Counted from the stretch's first letter, positions 45,715 to 56,331 are shown. The stretch is 64,000 bases of DNA from Puniceicoccaceae bacterium (GCA_028285755.1 JANQOQ010000008.1:193399-257398), one strand, 5' to 3'. Notes: generated from the sequence alone by a model not told the origin. Program-made: numbers and translations.

Positions 45715-46587
45715 ATGTCAACTCTGTCAGAAGAATCTATCGATATTGAAGAGGCTAAGAAGGTATTAGCTAAAGTCAGTATCAAGTCCCAACCCAAAAT
45801 CCTCATTGAGCTCAATCGCCTGGCTCGCTCGGAGGATGTCAGTTTTGATGTCGTATCTGATCTGGTATCCCAGGATGTGGGGCTATCGGCCAAATTACTA
45901 AAACTGGCAAGCTCACCTCACTACTCGAAGGGGAATACCTTTGACTCCGTGCATGCAGCGCTGATGGCGATCGGGTTTGAAGATTTTCGTACCTGCTTTA
46001 CTTCGGTGTCACTGCAAGACTTTCTTACTGGTATGGGCTACGCCTATAAGGGCTTTTGGGATCATTCGCGGCAAATCGCCTATTTCTGCCAGGAGTTGGC
46101 GGGGACTTATTGCCGGCGATTAGAAAACCAAGCGTATACTCTGGGCCTGTTCCATGATGTGGGCGCAGTACTGATTCCGCTGCACAATCGCAGTTACGTT
46201 CAATACATCGATCGTACCCTTCCGCTCTATGTGGGTATTACGGAAAGTGAGTTTAAGTGGGTAAAAACCAATCACTGCGTTGTGGGAGAAATCTTTGGTA
46301 AAACCTGGTCCCTGGATGAAGCGATTCTGGATGCTTTGCGCTATCACCATCGTGCAGACTGGGATACTTCTGAAAAAAGGGATACTGAAATTCTACGGGC
46401 GATCCTGCAGCTAGCTGAAATTATAAATGATCGCATGCAATCCGGAGCAGATGATTACCTGAAACTGGATATTATACGCGAAGTATTTTCCACTATTCAG
46501 GATGTGCTCGATGTGGAGGAAGCGGAGTTGCCTAAATTGGAGCAAATGTTGACTGCTGGTATGGGCGTTAAGCTAAAAGCGCTTTAA
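45715..46587 (+). CDS. HDOD-domain signalling protein
   Basis: The HDOD pattern VSDLVSQDVGLSAKLLKLASSPHY ... LGLFHDVGAVLIP spans 290 aa. Confidence 0.8.
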   Translation: MSTLSEESIDIEEAKKVLAKVSIKSQPKILIELNRLARSEDVSFDVVSDLVSQDVGLSAKLLKLASSPHYSKGNTFDSVHAALMAIGFEDFRTCFTSVSLQDFLTGMGYAYKGFWDHSRQIAYFCQELAGTYCRRLENQAYTLGLFHDVGAVLIPLHNRSYVQYIDRTLPLYVGITESEFKWVKTNHCVVGEIFGKTWSLDEAILDALRYHHRADWDTSEKRDTEILRAILQLAEIINDRMQSGADDYLKLDIIREVFSTIQDVLDVEEAELPKLEQMLTAGMGVKLKAL

Positions 46588-46730
46588 ATCTATTTTTTTA
46601 AAATCAGAGCTTGATTTATATCAAGTAGACGCTACTTGTGGTGTTTTGCCCATAAAACAGGCACTTCAATTTAACTATATATAACCATAAGAAAGTCATT
46701 TCTCTCCCTTAGTTGGGAGCTTTGAACATC

Positions 46731-48032
46731 ATGAATATCACTACGAGAGATTTGCTCGATGCCGGTGTGCATTTTGGGCACCAGCTGCGCCGTTGGAATC
46801 CGCGCTCAAAACCGTTCATCCATGACCATCGTCATGGTATCTCCATTATCGACCTGGAGAAGACCTATGATCAGCTCGAAAAGGCGACTGCTTTTGTTAC
46901 ACAGCTGGTAGCAGACGGAAAAGACATCCTGTTTGTGGGAACCAAGAAGCAGGCTCAGGACATTGTGCGCGAGGCAGCAACAAACGTAAATATGCCTTTT
47001 TGTGCCAACCGTTGGATGGGTGGAGGTCTCACCAATTTTGTTACCATCAAATCCAGCCTTCAGAAGTATCGTAAATTTTTGGATATGGAGGCAGACGGCC
47101 GTCTGGCGAAACTTCCTAAAAAAGAAGCTGCGGCTATTCGCCGACAAATGGCACGTATGTTCCGGAATTTTGAAGGACTTAAGGATATCAGTAAGGTCCC
47201 CTCAGCAATCTTCATTATAGATATTAACCATGAGGATATCGCCGTTCAGGAAGCGCGTAAGCTCTCTATCCCCATAATTGCATTGGTAGACACTAATTCG
47301 GACCCTGCATTGGCGGATTATCCAATTCCGGGGAATGACGATGCGGTAAAATCCATCCGCCTGATCGTAGATGTGATCTGCGAGGCGATCCAGGAAGGCC
47401 TGGCCCAGCGCGCTGTTTCTTACGAGAGTTCCGGATTTGTAGCGCAGACTCGCAATGAGGTCTATCAGGATGACCACCAGTCTGGCGTGACTTTGCCGGA
47501 GGGATATGAAGAATTTGGTGATGAAGTGAGCTTGGTAGATGCTCAGCAGGCGGCAGCACCTGTTGCGGAAGAGGCCGTTGAGCCTGAGGCAGTAGCACCT
47601 GTCGAAGAACCAGTCGCTGAAGAAACTACGCCCGTTGAACAACCCGCGCCTGAGGCTCCGGTAGAAGAGGCCAAGGCTGAGGAACCCGCAGAAGACGTTG
47701 AAACTGAGGAATCTGAGCCCGCAGCCGAGGCAAAAGCAGAAGAACCGGCTGCTGAAGAAGTAAAGGCTGAGGAACCTGAAGCGCCTGCTGCAGAGGAGAA
47801 ACCAAAACCGGCTGCTAAAAAGCCCGCCGCCAAGAAAACACCTGCTAAAAAGCCGGCGGCCAAAAAGGCTCCGGCTAAGAAACCGGCAGCGAAGAAGGCA
47901 CCGGCCAAGAAAGCAGAAACCACGGAAGCCGCTGAGGAAAAGCCGGCGGCCAAGAAAGCGCCTGCCAAGAAGCCGACCGCTAAAAAAACAACCGCTACTA
48001 AAGCGAAAAAAGAAGAAACCGAAGAAGCCTAA
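46731..48032 (+). CDS. rpsB: 30S ribosomal protein S2 with a low-complexity C-terminal extension of about 180 aa
   Basis: The core runs MNITTRDLLDAGVHFGHQLRRWNP ... IIALVDTNSDP. The tail from about aa 250 is E/A/P-rich, then carries repeated PAAKKAPAKK units. The start is taken at the second ATG. Confidence 0.93.
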   Translation: MNITTRDLLDAGVHFGHQLRRWNPRSKPFIHDHRHGISIIDLEKTYDQLEKATAFVTQLVADGKDILFVGTKKQAQDIVREAATNVNMPFCANRWMGGGLTNFVTIKSSLQKYRKFLDMEADGRLAKLPKKEAAAIRRQMARMFRNFEGLKDISKVPSAIFIIDINHEDIAVQEARKLSIPIIALVDTNSDPALADYPIPGNDDAVKSIRLIVDVICEAIQEGLAQRAVSYESSGFVAQTRNEVYQDDHQSGVTLPEGYEEFGDEVSLVDAQQAAAPVAEEAVEPEAVAPVEEPVAEETTPVEQPAPEAPVEEAKAEEPAEDVETEESEPAAEAKAEEPAAEEVKAEEPEAPAAEEKPKPAAKKPAAKKTPAKKPAAKKAPAKKPAAKKAPAKKAETTEAAEEKPAAKKAPAKKPTAKKTTATKAKKEETEEA

Positions 48033-48077
48033 AAACGTTCTCGGCAATTACAAAATTTTCATCTAACAAAATCCATT

Positions 48078-48674
48078 ATGAGTGCTACTATTAACGCGAA
48101 ACAAGTGGGAGAATTAAGAGCCAAAACAGGGGCTGGGCTGATGGACTGCAAAAAGGCATTAGTCGAAGCAAATGGCGATTTCGAAAAGGCGATTACTCTC
48201 TTGCGAAAAATGGGCGTGGCTGACGCTGCGAAACGATCCGGGCGAAGTGCTTCAGAAGGCATTATCGAGTCATATATTCACCTCGGAGGTAAAGTAGGCG
48301 TACTGCTTGAGCTCAATTGCGAATCTGACTTTGTCGCTAAGAACGACGACTTCAAACTGTTTGCAAGAGATATCGCCATGCACATCGCTGCAGCGAATCC
48401 CGCATACGTGAGCCGTGAGGAAGTTCCTGAGTCTATTATTGAATCAGAACGTGAAATCGCAAATGAGCAGGCGAAGGGCAAACCTCCCCAGGCAATCCAA
48501 AAGATTGTTGAAGGTAAGCTAAACAAATACTTTGCGGAAACTTGCCTCTTGGAACAGTCTTTCGTAAAAAATCCGGATCAAACGATCCAGGAATTGCTAA
48601 CTGAAAAGATTTCCAAGCTTGGCGAAAATATGGTTATCAAGCGCTTTGCCCGTTTCCAGGTCGGAGACGAGTAA
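48078..48674 (+). CDS. tsf: Elongation factor Ts (short form)
   Basis: It has the UBA-like N-terminus VGELRAKTGAGLMDCKKALVEANGDFEKAITLLR. It lies immediately downstream of rpsB, the conserved operon order. Confidence 0.93.
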   Translation: MSATINAKQVGELRAKTGAGLMDCKKALVEANGDFEKAITLLRKMGVADAAKRSGRSASEGIIESYIHLGGKVGVLLELNCESDFVAKNDDFKLFARDIAMHIAAANPAYVSREEVPESIIESEREIANEQAKGKPPQAIQKIVEGKLNKYFAETCLLEQSFVKNPDQTIQELLTEKISKLGENMVIKRFARFQVGDE

Positions 48675-48692
48675 TAAACTGTAGTATTTTAA

Positions 48693-48977
48693 CTATCCGC
48701 GATCACTGTGCCCGAGATCACGCTCCGGTGCTACGGTATCGCGGATTTTTTGTTTAATTTCCTTGGGTTCCGGAAAGCGCCCTTCCGCTTTGCGATCAAA
48801 CAACGCCTTGTCATCGAGAACGATCTTAAAGATACCGGGTTCTGCGGGAACCAGGGCAATTTCATCCAGCTCATCCTCAAAGGTGGTGAGTAGCTCCTGG
48901 GCCATCCAGCATGCACGGGGTAGCCAGCGGCATTTTGGGCAGTAGTGAATCTCGAGACGATATTTTAAATCTTTCAT
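48693..48977 (-). CDS. SelW/SelT/Rdx-family thioredoxin-like protein (Cys form)
   Basis: LEIHYCPKCRWLPRACWMAQELLTTF is the Rdx CxxC motif. It is followed by ..FPEPKEIKQKIRD. Confidence 0.75.
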   Translation of the reverse strand: MKDLKYRLEIHYCPKCRWLPRACWMAQELLTTFEDELDEIALVPAEPGIFKIVLDDKALFDRKAEGRFPEPKEIKQKIRDTVAPERDLGHSDRG

Positions 48978-49068
48978 AAAAGTGCAATTGATATCCTAGA
49001 CCGTTCGTTCTAATATTTTAGATTGGCATGATTGCCAATTTCATGTTAACCGACTTATTTTTAATTTA

Positions 49069-49788
49069 ATGGCAACTTTAGCACAGGAAATCGAAAGTGA
49101 TAATGAAAAACTCTGGGCGTTGAGCGCTGAGGAGCGTATGGCATGGTCCATCGAACACTTCGATAAGAGTATTTTTCTATCAACCAGTTTCGGAATCCAA
49201 TCAGCAGTGATGTTGCACATGGCAACACAGGCATGGCCGGAAATTCCGGTAGTGTTTGTGGATACAGGCTACCTATTTCCAGAGACCTATCAGTTTGCTG
49301 AGGAGATGACAGAGAGGCTGAATCTGAATTTGAAAACCTATTCAGCATTGATGACACCCGCTCGTCAGGAGGCTCTTTACGGAAAGCGATGGGAAGACGG
49401 CAAAGACGGCATTGAGGCCTATAATCTCATGAACAAGGTGGAGCCGATGAATCGTGCCGTTAAAGAGATGGGCACGGAAGCCTGGCTCACCGGTTTACGG
49501 CGCTCACAGTCCTCCTCCCGTGAGAATCTGGATATTCTGGTAAAGCAAAATCAGGTGATAAAAGTACACCCAATCATCGACTGGACAGATAAAGATATTT
49601 ACGAGTATCTCACCAGGCATGATCTACCCTACAACCCTCTATGGGATGAGGGCTATGTATCCGTGGGAGACTGGCACAGCACATCCAAGCTTGCGGATGT
49701 CGGCAGTGAAGAGCTTACCCGTTTTGGTGGAGTTAAGCGCGAATGCGGCTTGCACGAGTTATCCGGACAGCCGGATTTCCAGATTTAA
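49069..49788 (+). CDS. cysH: Phosphoadenosine phosphosulfate (PAPS) reductase
   Basis: 239-aa ORF with the PP-loop-like [13 protein letters not shown] and a C-terminal KRECGLH motif. It has no CC...CxxC Fe-S cysteines, so it is the PAPS type rather than the APS type. Confidence 0.88.
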   Translation: MATLAQEIESDNEKLWALSAEERMAWSIEHFDKSIFLSTSFGIQSAVMLHMATQAWPEIPVVFVDTGYLFPETYQFAEEMTERLNLNLKTYSALMTPARQEALYGKRWEDGKDGIEAYNLMNKVEPMNRAVKEMGTEAWLTGLRRSQSSSRENLDILVKQNQVIKVHPIIDWTDKDIYEYLTRHDLPYNPLWDEGYVSVGDWHSTSKLADVGSEELTRFGGVKRECGLHELSGQPDFQI

Positions 49789-51515
49789 TTCAGGTAGCTC
49801 TTGTATTTGATGTCCTCGTGGAATCCGGGGCCCTGGTCAGCAGCGTTCACATAACCTGCGCGAATCGTAAAGTCACCAAAGTGCTCACCTTTCAGGCGGT
49901 TGTTCGCATAGTCTGTGATGATCGGTTTGAGCAGGGGCACAATATTATCACCGGGAACAGACTCCCGGTAGAGCTTGTTTAAGCGTGTGCCGTTAAACGC
50001 GGCTCCCAGATAAACATTATACGAGTTGGGCCCTTTACCGACGAAGCCGATTTCACCCAGGTAGGGGCGACCGCAGCCATTCGGGCAGCCGGTCATGCGA
50101 ATGGTGATCGCATCATCCCGTAGTGAATTCGCTTTCATTACCTCTTCGAGCTCAGTGATGAGGTCTGGTAGGTAGCGCTCACTTTCTGCCAGTGCGAGTC
50201 CACAGGTGGGTAATGCCACACAGGAAATGGAGTTCAGCCGAAGGCCCGTATGGTGCAGGCTTTTAAAGAGCTGATATTCATTGACCAGCTTTTCGATGGC
50301 CGGCTTATTTTCGTCGCTGATCTCGGCAATGATCAGGTTCTGATTGGCGGTCATGATGAATGTGCCGTCGTGGATCTTCGCAATTTCCTGAAGGGCTGTT
50401 TTTAGCTTGTATTTCCCGGTGTCCTTTACGCGACCACTTTGTATGTAGAGCGTGAGGTGGTGCTTGCCATCGGTGCCTTTGACCCAGCCGTATTCATCCC
50501 CCATGGTCGTGAATTCGTAGGGCTTTTCTTCACCAAGTTTGAACTTCAGGAGTTTTTGTACCTCGCTGCGGAACCATTCGATGCCACCATTGTGTTCGAT
50601 GGTGTATTTGAGGCGTGCCTGGGCACGATCACTGCGGTTGCCAAATTCCTTCTGCACGAGCACGACCTTCTCAGCGACCTCGACTGCCTGGTTCGGCTTA
50701 CAAAAACCCAGGATATCTGCAGTGCGCGGATAAGTATCCTCACGCCCATGGGTCATCCCCATACCGCCGCCTACAGTTACATTGTAGCCGGTGATTTTTT
50801 CGGTCTTCTCATCGACAATCGCAATGAAGCCCAGATCATGTGCAAAGATATCCACATCGTTACTGGGTGGCACTGCGATCACAGTCTTGAATTTACGCGG
50901 CAGGTAAGTTTTCCCGTAAATGGGTTCTTCCTCCTGTTTGCTGTCAGCTACAAGTTCATCCTCAAGCCAGATTTCGTGCCAGGCACCGGTTTTTGGCAGT
51001 AGGTGCTCACTGATATCCTTTGCTAGTTTTTCGACCTCGGCATGTACTTCCGATGCGTGTGGATTTGCGTAACACATAACATTACGGTTCACATCTCCAC
51101 AAGCAGCGATGGTATCCAGCAGGGTTTCATTGATGGCCTGCATCGTAGGCTTCATCACGCTTTTGATGATCCCATGAAACTGGAAAGTCTGCCGCGTGGT
51201 GATGCGAAGTGTCCCATTAGCATAGGTGTCTGCGATTTTGTCCAGATCGAGCCATTGCTTGGCAGTTACTTTGCCCCCGGGAATACGCAGTCGCAGCATG
51301 AATGAAAAGGCCTTCTCGAGCTTCTTCTTGCGGCGTTCAGAACGTACATCGCGATCATCCTGAAGATACGAACCATGGAATTTGATGAGCTGGATACTGT
51401 CATCGGAGATACCACCAGTGAGCGGATCATCGATTTCAGCTTCCAGATTGCCTCGCAGGAAATTCGATTCGGTCTTAATCGACTCGTTTTTGTGTAATTT
51501 TTTATCAGTAGACAT
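49785..51515 (-). CDS. cysI: Sulfite reductase (NADPH) hemoprotein beta subunit
   Basis: 576-aa ORF with a nitrite/sulfite reductase 4Fe-4S/siroheme cysteine cluster ([21 protein letters not shown]). It sits downstream of, and overlaps, cysJ. Confidence 0.93.
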   Translation of the reverse strand: MSTDKKLHKNESIKTESNFLRGNLEAEIDDPLTGGISDDSIQLIKFHGSYLQDDRDVRSERRKKKLEKAFSFMLRLRIPGGKVTAKQWLDLDKIADTYANGTLRITTRQTFQFHGIIKSVMKPTMQAINETLLDTIAACGDVNRNVMCYANPHASEVHAEVEKLAKDISEHLLPKTGAWHEIWLEDELVADSKQEEEPIYGKTYLPRKFKTVIAVPPSNDVDIFAHDLGFIAIVDEKTEKITGYNVTVGGGMGMTHGREDTYPRTADILGFCKPNQAVEVAEKVVLVQKEFGNRSDRAQARLKYTIEHNGGIEWFRSEVQKLLKFKLGEEKPYEFTTMGDEYGWVKGTDGKHHLTLYIQSGRVKDTGKYKLKTALQEIAKIHDGTFIMTANQNLIIAEISDENKPAIEKLVNEYQLFKSLHHTGLRLNSISCVALPTCGLALAESERYLPDLITELEEVMKANSLRDDAITIRMTGCPNGCGRPYLGEIGFVGKGPNSYNVYLGAAFNGTRLNKLYRESVPGDNIVPLLKPIITDYANNRLKGEHFGDFTIRAGYVNAADQGPGFHEDIKYKSYLN

Positions 51516-53388
51516 CGCGTTGATAGCGTTTTTCTTTCTTAAGCTTGGTCAGGTATTCGTCCGCGTCTGCTTCGCTGAGTTTACCTTCCTTCATGATAAT
51601 TTCTTTTAGTGCACTGTGGACATCATGCGCCATCTTGGATGCATCTCCACACACATAGAAGTGCGCACCGTCTTCGAGCCACGCAAAAAGCTCAGCACTC
51701 TTCTCGAGCATCTTGTGCTGCACATACACTTTTTGTGGAGTGTCGCGGGAGAATGCCAGATCGATCTTACTTAAAACCCCATCCTTAAAATGGTCCTGCC
51801 ATTCCAGCTGGTAGAGAAAATCGGTGCTGTAGTGCTGATCCCCGAAGAACAGCCAGTTTTTACCACTGGCTCCGGTTTCCTTGCGCTCTTCGATAAACGC
51901 ACGGAAGGGCGCAATGCCCGTTCCGGGGCCTACCATAATGATCGGAGTATCCCCATCTTCAGGAAGCGCAAAATGCTTATTCGGCTGAATGTAGACGAGC
52001 ACTTGCTCGCCTTTGTCCACACGGTCTGCCAGGTAGGTGGAGCATACTCCCTTGCGCTCGCGTTCATGGCTAAAGTAACGCACTGCTGCCACCGTGAGAT
52101 GTACCTCATCCGGATGGGCCTGCAGGCTGGAAGCGATGGAGTAAAGACGCGGGGGCAGTTTGCGGAACATGCCGGCAAGATCCTGCGCCTTAAGATCCTT
52201 AATGGGGTAATCAACGAGCAGGTCAACTATTTCGCGCCCATAGATAAACTCCTGCAGTTTTTCCTTATTCTCAGGTTTTAGCAGTTCCTTGAGTTCCTCA
52301 TTACTGCCCAGTTCAGCATACTTCTGGATGAACGTTTTGCTGAGGCCTGTGATATCAGATTCGCGAAGAAGATAGTCAAACAACTTAAAGCTGTCTCCCT
52401 GTTTATTGGTCACCGCTTCATCTTTGGATAAGCCGGTGACTGCCAGGATGCTTTCAACAACATCGGGGCAGTTCGTGGGTACAACAGCGAGGGAGTCTCC
52501 GGGTTTGTAGCTAAGGCCGGATTCTTCGAGCGAGAGCTCAACATGTAAGGTCTCCTTCGCCGATCCGGTGCCGTTGAGCACGACCTTATCGATGATGGTT
52601 GCCGGGAATGGATTTTTCTTATCGTAGACGACGGATGTGGCCGCAGGCATAGCCGTTTCGACGGTAACATCAGTGCCCGTTGAGGCAACCGCTCCAACAT
52701 CATTTAAATCCAACAAAGCATCCAGAGAAGTGCCGAGCCAGGAATTAGCCGCACTCTCGTAGTCAACATCACAGTCTATGCGGTCGTGAATGCGCTTTGC
52801 ACCGAGGGTTTCCAGGCGTGCATCAAAATCTTTTCCCATTTTGCAGAATTGCTCATAGCTGGTGTCTCCCAGGCCTAGTACGCTATAGTTAAGGCCGTCC
52901 AGGTTCGGTGCAGCGTCCGACATGAATTGCTTGTAGAATTCTACTGCACGTTCGGGAGGGTCCCCTTCGCCCCAGGTTGAGACGATTACCATCAAGTTTT
53001 CGAGGCCAGCCAGTTTGGTGACTTCCAGGTCCGCCATATCGATGATGTTGGCCTTGATTCCCTTCTTTTGAGCAAGTTTCTTGGCATCTGCCGCCAAAGC
53101 TTCCGAGTTGCCTGATTCGGTACCGTATAGGATCGTCAGATTAGGTTTCTTCGCAGGGGGTGTCGCTGGAGCCGCTGAGGCATCCGGGGCAGAATAAGTC
53201 GCCGATTGCTCCAATGTAGGCGAAGCTGGTGTCGAACCTGTGATCTGTAGTGCCTGATACCCAGTGACAAAGCCGCTCAGCCAGTTGGCCTGTTCGGGAG
53301 TCATTTGTGTGAAGAAATGATTCAGCCATTCATTTTCCTCGGGAGAAAATGGCGCATTATCTGGAATTATCTTCCGATTATTGGGCAT
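51505..53388 (-). CDS. cysJ: Sulfite reductase (NADPH) flavoprotein alpha subunit
   Basis: 627-aa ORF with a flavodoxin domain (ILYGTESGNSEALA), an FAD-binding RLYSIASS motif and an NADPH-binding GPGTGIAPFR motif. Confidence 0.92.
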   Translation of the reverse strand: MPNNRKIIPDNAPFSPEENEWLNHFFTQMTPEQANWLSGFVTGYQALQITGSTPASPTLEQSATYSAPDASAAPATPPAKKPNLTILYGTESGNSEALAADAKKLAQKKGIKANIIDMADLEVTKLAGLENLMVIVSTWGEGDPPERAVEFYKQFMSDAAPNLDGLNYSVLGLGDTSYEQFCKMGKDFDARLETLGAKRIHDRIDCDVDYESAANSWLGTSLDALLDLNDVGAVASTGTDVTVETAMPAATSVVYDKKNPFPATIIDKVVLNGTGSAKETLHVELSLEESGLSYKPGDSLAVVPTNCPDVVESILAVTGLSKDEAVTNKQGDSFKLFDYLLRESDITGLSKTFIQKYAELGSNEELKELLKPENKEKLQEFIYGREIVDLLVDYPIKDLKAQDLAGMFRKLPPRLYSIASSLQAHPDEVHLTVAAVRYFSHERERKGVCSTYLADRVDKGEQVLVYIQPNKHFALPEDGDTPIIMVGPGTGIAPFRAFIEERKETGASGKNWLFFGDQHYSTDFLYQLEWQDHFKDGVLSKIDLAFSRDTPQKVYVQHKMLEKSAELFAWLEDGAHFYVCGDASKMAHDVHSALKEIIMKEGKLSEADADEYLTKLKKEKRYQRDVY

Positions 53389-53514
53389 AAGATTCGGTGG
53401 TTCGAACTAATTGAGTAAAGGAACTGAATTACGCAACGCTCCTTATGAAGTAAAGTTTATAATCGCTTTACGATTGCTAATTATGCAGTGCGTTGGGATT
53501 TTTATCAAACGCAG

Positions 53515-54282
53515 ATGAAAAAAAGTGAAGACATCGATCAATCGGTTAAAGGAATGGTTTCGATAGTGGGTGCCGGCCCTGGTGATCCTGAGTTGATCAC
53601 CGTGAAAGGGCAAAAGCGCATCGCGACCGCTCAAGTGATTCTTTATGACTATCTGTTGGATGAACAACTACTTGCGGGTGCGCCTTCGACTTGTGAAATC
53701 ATCTGTGTGGGCAAGCGCTCCGGGCTACACTCGCAGGAGCAAAGCGTAATCAATGCACTGCTCGTGAGGTATGCAAAACAGGGGAAGCGCGTGGTGCGGT
53801 TGAAAGGGGGCGATCCTTTCATTTTCGGTCGGGGTGGCGAAGAGGTGAAAACATTACGGACTCAGGATATACCCTTTGAGGTCGTCCCTGCGGTCACATC
53901 TGCACTCGGGGCGGCAGCGAGCCTTCAAAATTCGCTGACTCACCGGGAGCGTGCATCCAGCCTTATCTTTGCAACAGGGCATGAAGATCCGGAAAAAGGA
54001 GCCCCCACGATCGACTGGAAGCATCTGCATATACCCAATTCCACCCTGGTGCTCTACATGGCCATGAAGCATCTCCCCACGATCGTAGAACAACTCCTCA
54101 AGGCAGGAAAATCGAAAGATACACCGGTGGCCATCGTTCAATGGGCGACGATGCCCCAAGAACAAAAGCTGATTTCAACTTTGGACCGGGTGGTGGATGC
54201 CATTGAGCAATCGGAAATCAGCTCACCGGCGATCGTTATTATCGGTCGAGTACTGGACCTTGTGCATCATGATGCTTCTTGA
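53515..54282 (+). CDS. cobA: Uroporphyrinogen-III C-methyltransferase (SUMT)
   Basis: It has VSIVGAGPGDPELITVKG ... GGDPFIFGRGGEE motifs. The start is taken at MKKSEDID. Confidence 0.9.
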   Translation: MKKSEDIDQSVKGMVSIVGAGPGDPELITVKGQKRIATAQVILYDYLLDEQLLAGAPSTCEIICVGKRSGLHSQEQSVINALLVRYAKQGKRVVRLKGGDPFIFGRGGEEVKTLRTQDIPFEVVPAVTSALGAAASLQNSLTHRERASSLIFATGHEDPEKGAPTIDWKHLHIPNSTLVLYMAMKHLPTIVEQLLKAGKSKDTPVAIVQWATMPQEQKLISTLDRVVDAIEQSEISSPAIVIIGRVLDLVHHDAS

Positions 54283-54312
54283 CTTTATTCTTTTGCGCAT
54301 CATGATGCTAAT

Positions 54313-54561
54313 ATGAGAACTACACTTACCATTAATGACTCCATCGCACACCGACTGAAAGAAAAGGCGGCTATGAGTCGCTGTAGCTTTAAGGATACTG
54401 TTAATGAAGTGCTTTTGCGAGGTCTGAGTGCCGAAGATAACCTATCACAAAAGCCCATTAAGCTGAAGACATTCGATCGTTCTTATCAACCTGGTATTGA
54501 TGAAGTGAAACTGAGCGAATACCTAGATGATTCAGAGAGCTTGAGAAAGATCCTTCAATGA
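54313..54561 (+). CDS. vapB: VapB-type antitoxin (MRTTL-type ribbon-helix-helix-like)
   Basis: MRTTLTINDSIAHRLKEKAAMSRCSFKDTVNEVLLRGL is a typical antitoxin N-terminus. The stop overlaps the PIN gene start (ATGA). Confidence 0.75.
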   Translation: MRTTLTINDSIAHRLKEKAAMSRCSFKDTVNEVLLRGLSAEDNLSQKPIKLKTFDRSYQPGIDEVKLSEYLDDSESLRKILQ

Positions 54562-54992
54562 TTCTTCCAGACGTTAATTTGCTCATTTATGCGCATAACG
54601 AATCTTCAAAGTTTCACACAATCGCGCATCCTTGGTGGGAGCATATCCTGAATTCTACGCATAGAGTGCTATTACCTCATTTTTGTATCAATTCCTTTGT
54701 TAGAATAACCACACAGACAAATATTCTGACGAAACCATTACACATCGAAGAAGCCTTGGAGATTGTTGACCAATGGTTAAGTGCGCATCATTTGTTTTTG
54801 ATCAGTCCAGCAGGAAAACACTACAGCGTCTACCGGGGCCTATTACTGCATACTGGGGTCGGCGGTAAGCTGACAAATGATGCTTATCTGGCCGCTTTGG
54901 CAATTGAAAACAATGCTACGCTTTGTAGTAATGATTCTGATTTTGGGCGTTTCAAGGGCTTACGTTGGAATAATCCTCTAAATAGACTCTGA
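54558..54992 (+). CDS. vapC: PIN-domain toxin VapC
   Basis: MILPDVNLLIYA (N-terminal D) ... TNDAYLAALAIENNATLCSNDSDF (C-terminal acidic residues). Confidence 0.85.
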   Translation: MILPDVNLLIYAHNESSKFHTIAHPWWEHILNSTHRVLLPHFCINSFVRITTQTNILTKPLHIEEALEIVDQWLSAHHLFLISPAGKHYSVYRGLLLHTGVGGKLTNDAYLAALAIENNATLCSNDSDFGRFKGLRWNNPLNRL

Positions 54993-55015
54993 AACTTAGG
55001 GAGTGTTAAATCTCC

Positions 55016-55330
55016 CTAGTCTAATGCTTCCCAGTCCAACGCTAACAGACCCTTGGTATTACCACGTGAGAGCTGTAGCCAGAGCATGATCTGATCATCG
55101 CGACTCAGAGATTTGAGAATGAGGATCTTCTCCTGGCCGGATTGTTCCAGAGTGGCGTTCCCATTAGGGTAAAGGCAGATGCTATACCCGCTATCATGGC
55201 TCATGATGACCTCATTAAAGGGCTCATCTTCGTCGTTGTCACTATACATACTATCGATAACTTCCACCATCTGGGAATGATCGGGCAGAAGTTGGGTAAC
55301 TCCTTGATGATCAGTTGTCTGATAGCTCAT
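55016..55330 (-). CDS. Hypothetical acidic protein (104 aa)
   Basis: The ORF has plausible globular composition but no recognisable motif. Confidence 0.4.
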   Translation of the reverse strand: MSYQTTDHQGVTQLLPDHSQMVEVIDSMYSDNDEDEPFNEVIMSHDSGYSICLYPNGNATLEQSGQEKILILKSLSRDDQIMLWLQLSRGNTKGLLALDWEALD

Positions 55331-55409
55331 ATTTTGTCAGCTAATACTTCTTCTAAAAGGTTGTGTTGGGCACTTGATGTGTTTAAGATTTGAGTTCTGT
55401 TACCCAATC

Positions 55410-56276
55410 ATGAAATCACAAAATAAAGTCGCTTTAAAAGAAGCAATTATTTTAGTGGATAATGGTTCATTGAGGCCTGAATCGATCCATACTTTGCGAG
55501 CAGTGGCCGAAAAGCTCGAGAAAAAAACCGGCACCCCCGTATACCCTGCCTCCTACGCTCATAGCCATCGTATAAACCCTGAATTTTTAGATGGTAAATC
55601 AGCGAGTCTGTTTCAAATTAGCGCCGAGACGCTGATTGAAGAGGGTTACGAGTCCCTTCAGGTGATCCCGTTCGTGTTTGCAACCTATGGTGCAATTTTT
55701 AATAACATATTGGAAATCGCAGAAAATCTCAAAAGACTCTACCCCAGTATCCATATCTCAGTTGCAGATGCTTTGCATAGTGAAAATGACCCATTGGCTA
55801 TTTCAATTTCTGCTGTGCTTGCTGATCTATCTTTTGAAGCGATCATCAAGCACAGTTTAAAGGAGCCTGTGGTGCTTACGGTGGATCATGGGAGCCCTCA
55901 TGAGGCAGCGGCTATTGTCCGTAATCAGATCACTGAAAACGTTGGCAGGTTGCTCGGGGAGCAGGCTAAAGCGATCCACCCGTCATCCATGGAAAGCCGA
56001 GATGGTATTCAATATGCCTTTAATCAACCGCTGCTCGAGAACGCATTGGAGGATGCCTATTTAAAGTATGGGGCACCGATAGTACTTGCGCGGATCTTTT
56101 TGCAACCCGGTCGTCATGCAGGTGCGGGGGGAGATGTTGATACGATCGTCGAGCGAGTCAGGACGAAGTATACTGGCCTTAAAGTTTATCCTACAGAATT
56201 AATGGCAAGTCACCCGGGTATCGTATTTTTGCTGGAGCGGCGATACCGTCAGTTGGAAAGTCTCTCGAAAATTTAG
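55410..56276 (+). CDS. Sirohydrochlorin chelatase, CbiX/SirB family (two-lobed form)
   Basis: Repeated class II chelatase halves are present (IILVDNGSLRPES ... and VLTVDHGSPHEAAA). The context is cobA and sulfite reductase genes. The start is taken at MKSQNKVAL. Confidence 0.65.
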   Translation: MKSQNKVALKEAIILVDNGSLRPESIHTLRAVAEKLEKKTGTPVYPASYAHSHRINPEFLDGKSASLFQISAETLIEEGYESLQVIPFVFATYGAIFNNILEIAENLKRLYPSIHISVADALHSENDPLAISISAVLADLSFEAIIKHSLKEPVVLTVDHGSPHEAAAIVRNQITENVGRLLGEQAKAIHPSSMESRDGIQYAFNQPLLENALEDAYLKYGAPIVLARIFLQPGRHAGAGGDVDTIVERVRTKYTGLKVYPTELMASHPGIVFLLERRYRQLESLSKI

Positions 56277-56331
56277 ATTTCAAATCGCTTTTCAATCGAC
56301 ATAGAGCATGGGGATAGTTAATCCATGCACT

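Noticed and set aside
47202-48047. 281-aa minus-strand ORF opposite the rpsB tail.
   Set aside because: It is the mirror image of the A/E/P/K repeat region. Its product is F/R/L/G/S low-complexity with no start context, so it is an artefact of the repetitive GC-rich coding repeat.
48693-48977. Possible selenoprotein (SelW-like) with an in-frame UGA.
   Set aside because: The redox motif is encoded as CPKC with ordinary Cys codons, and the ORF is uninterrupted. There is no need to invoke selenocysteine or a SECIS element.
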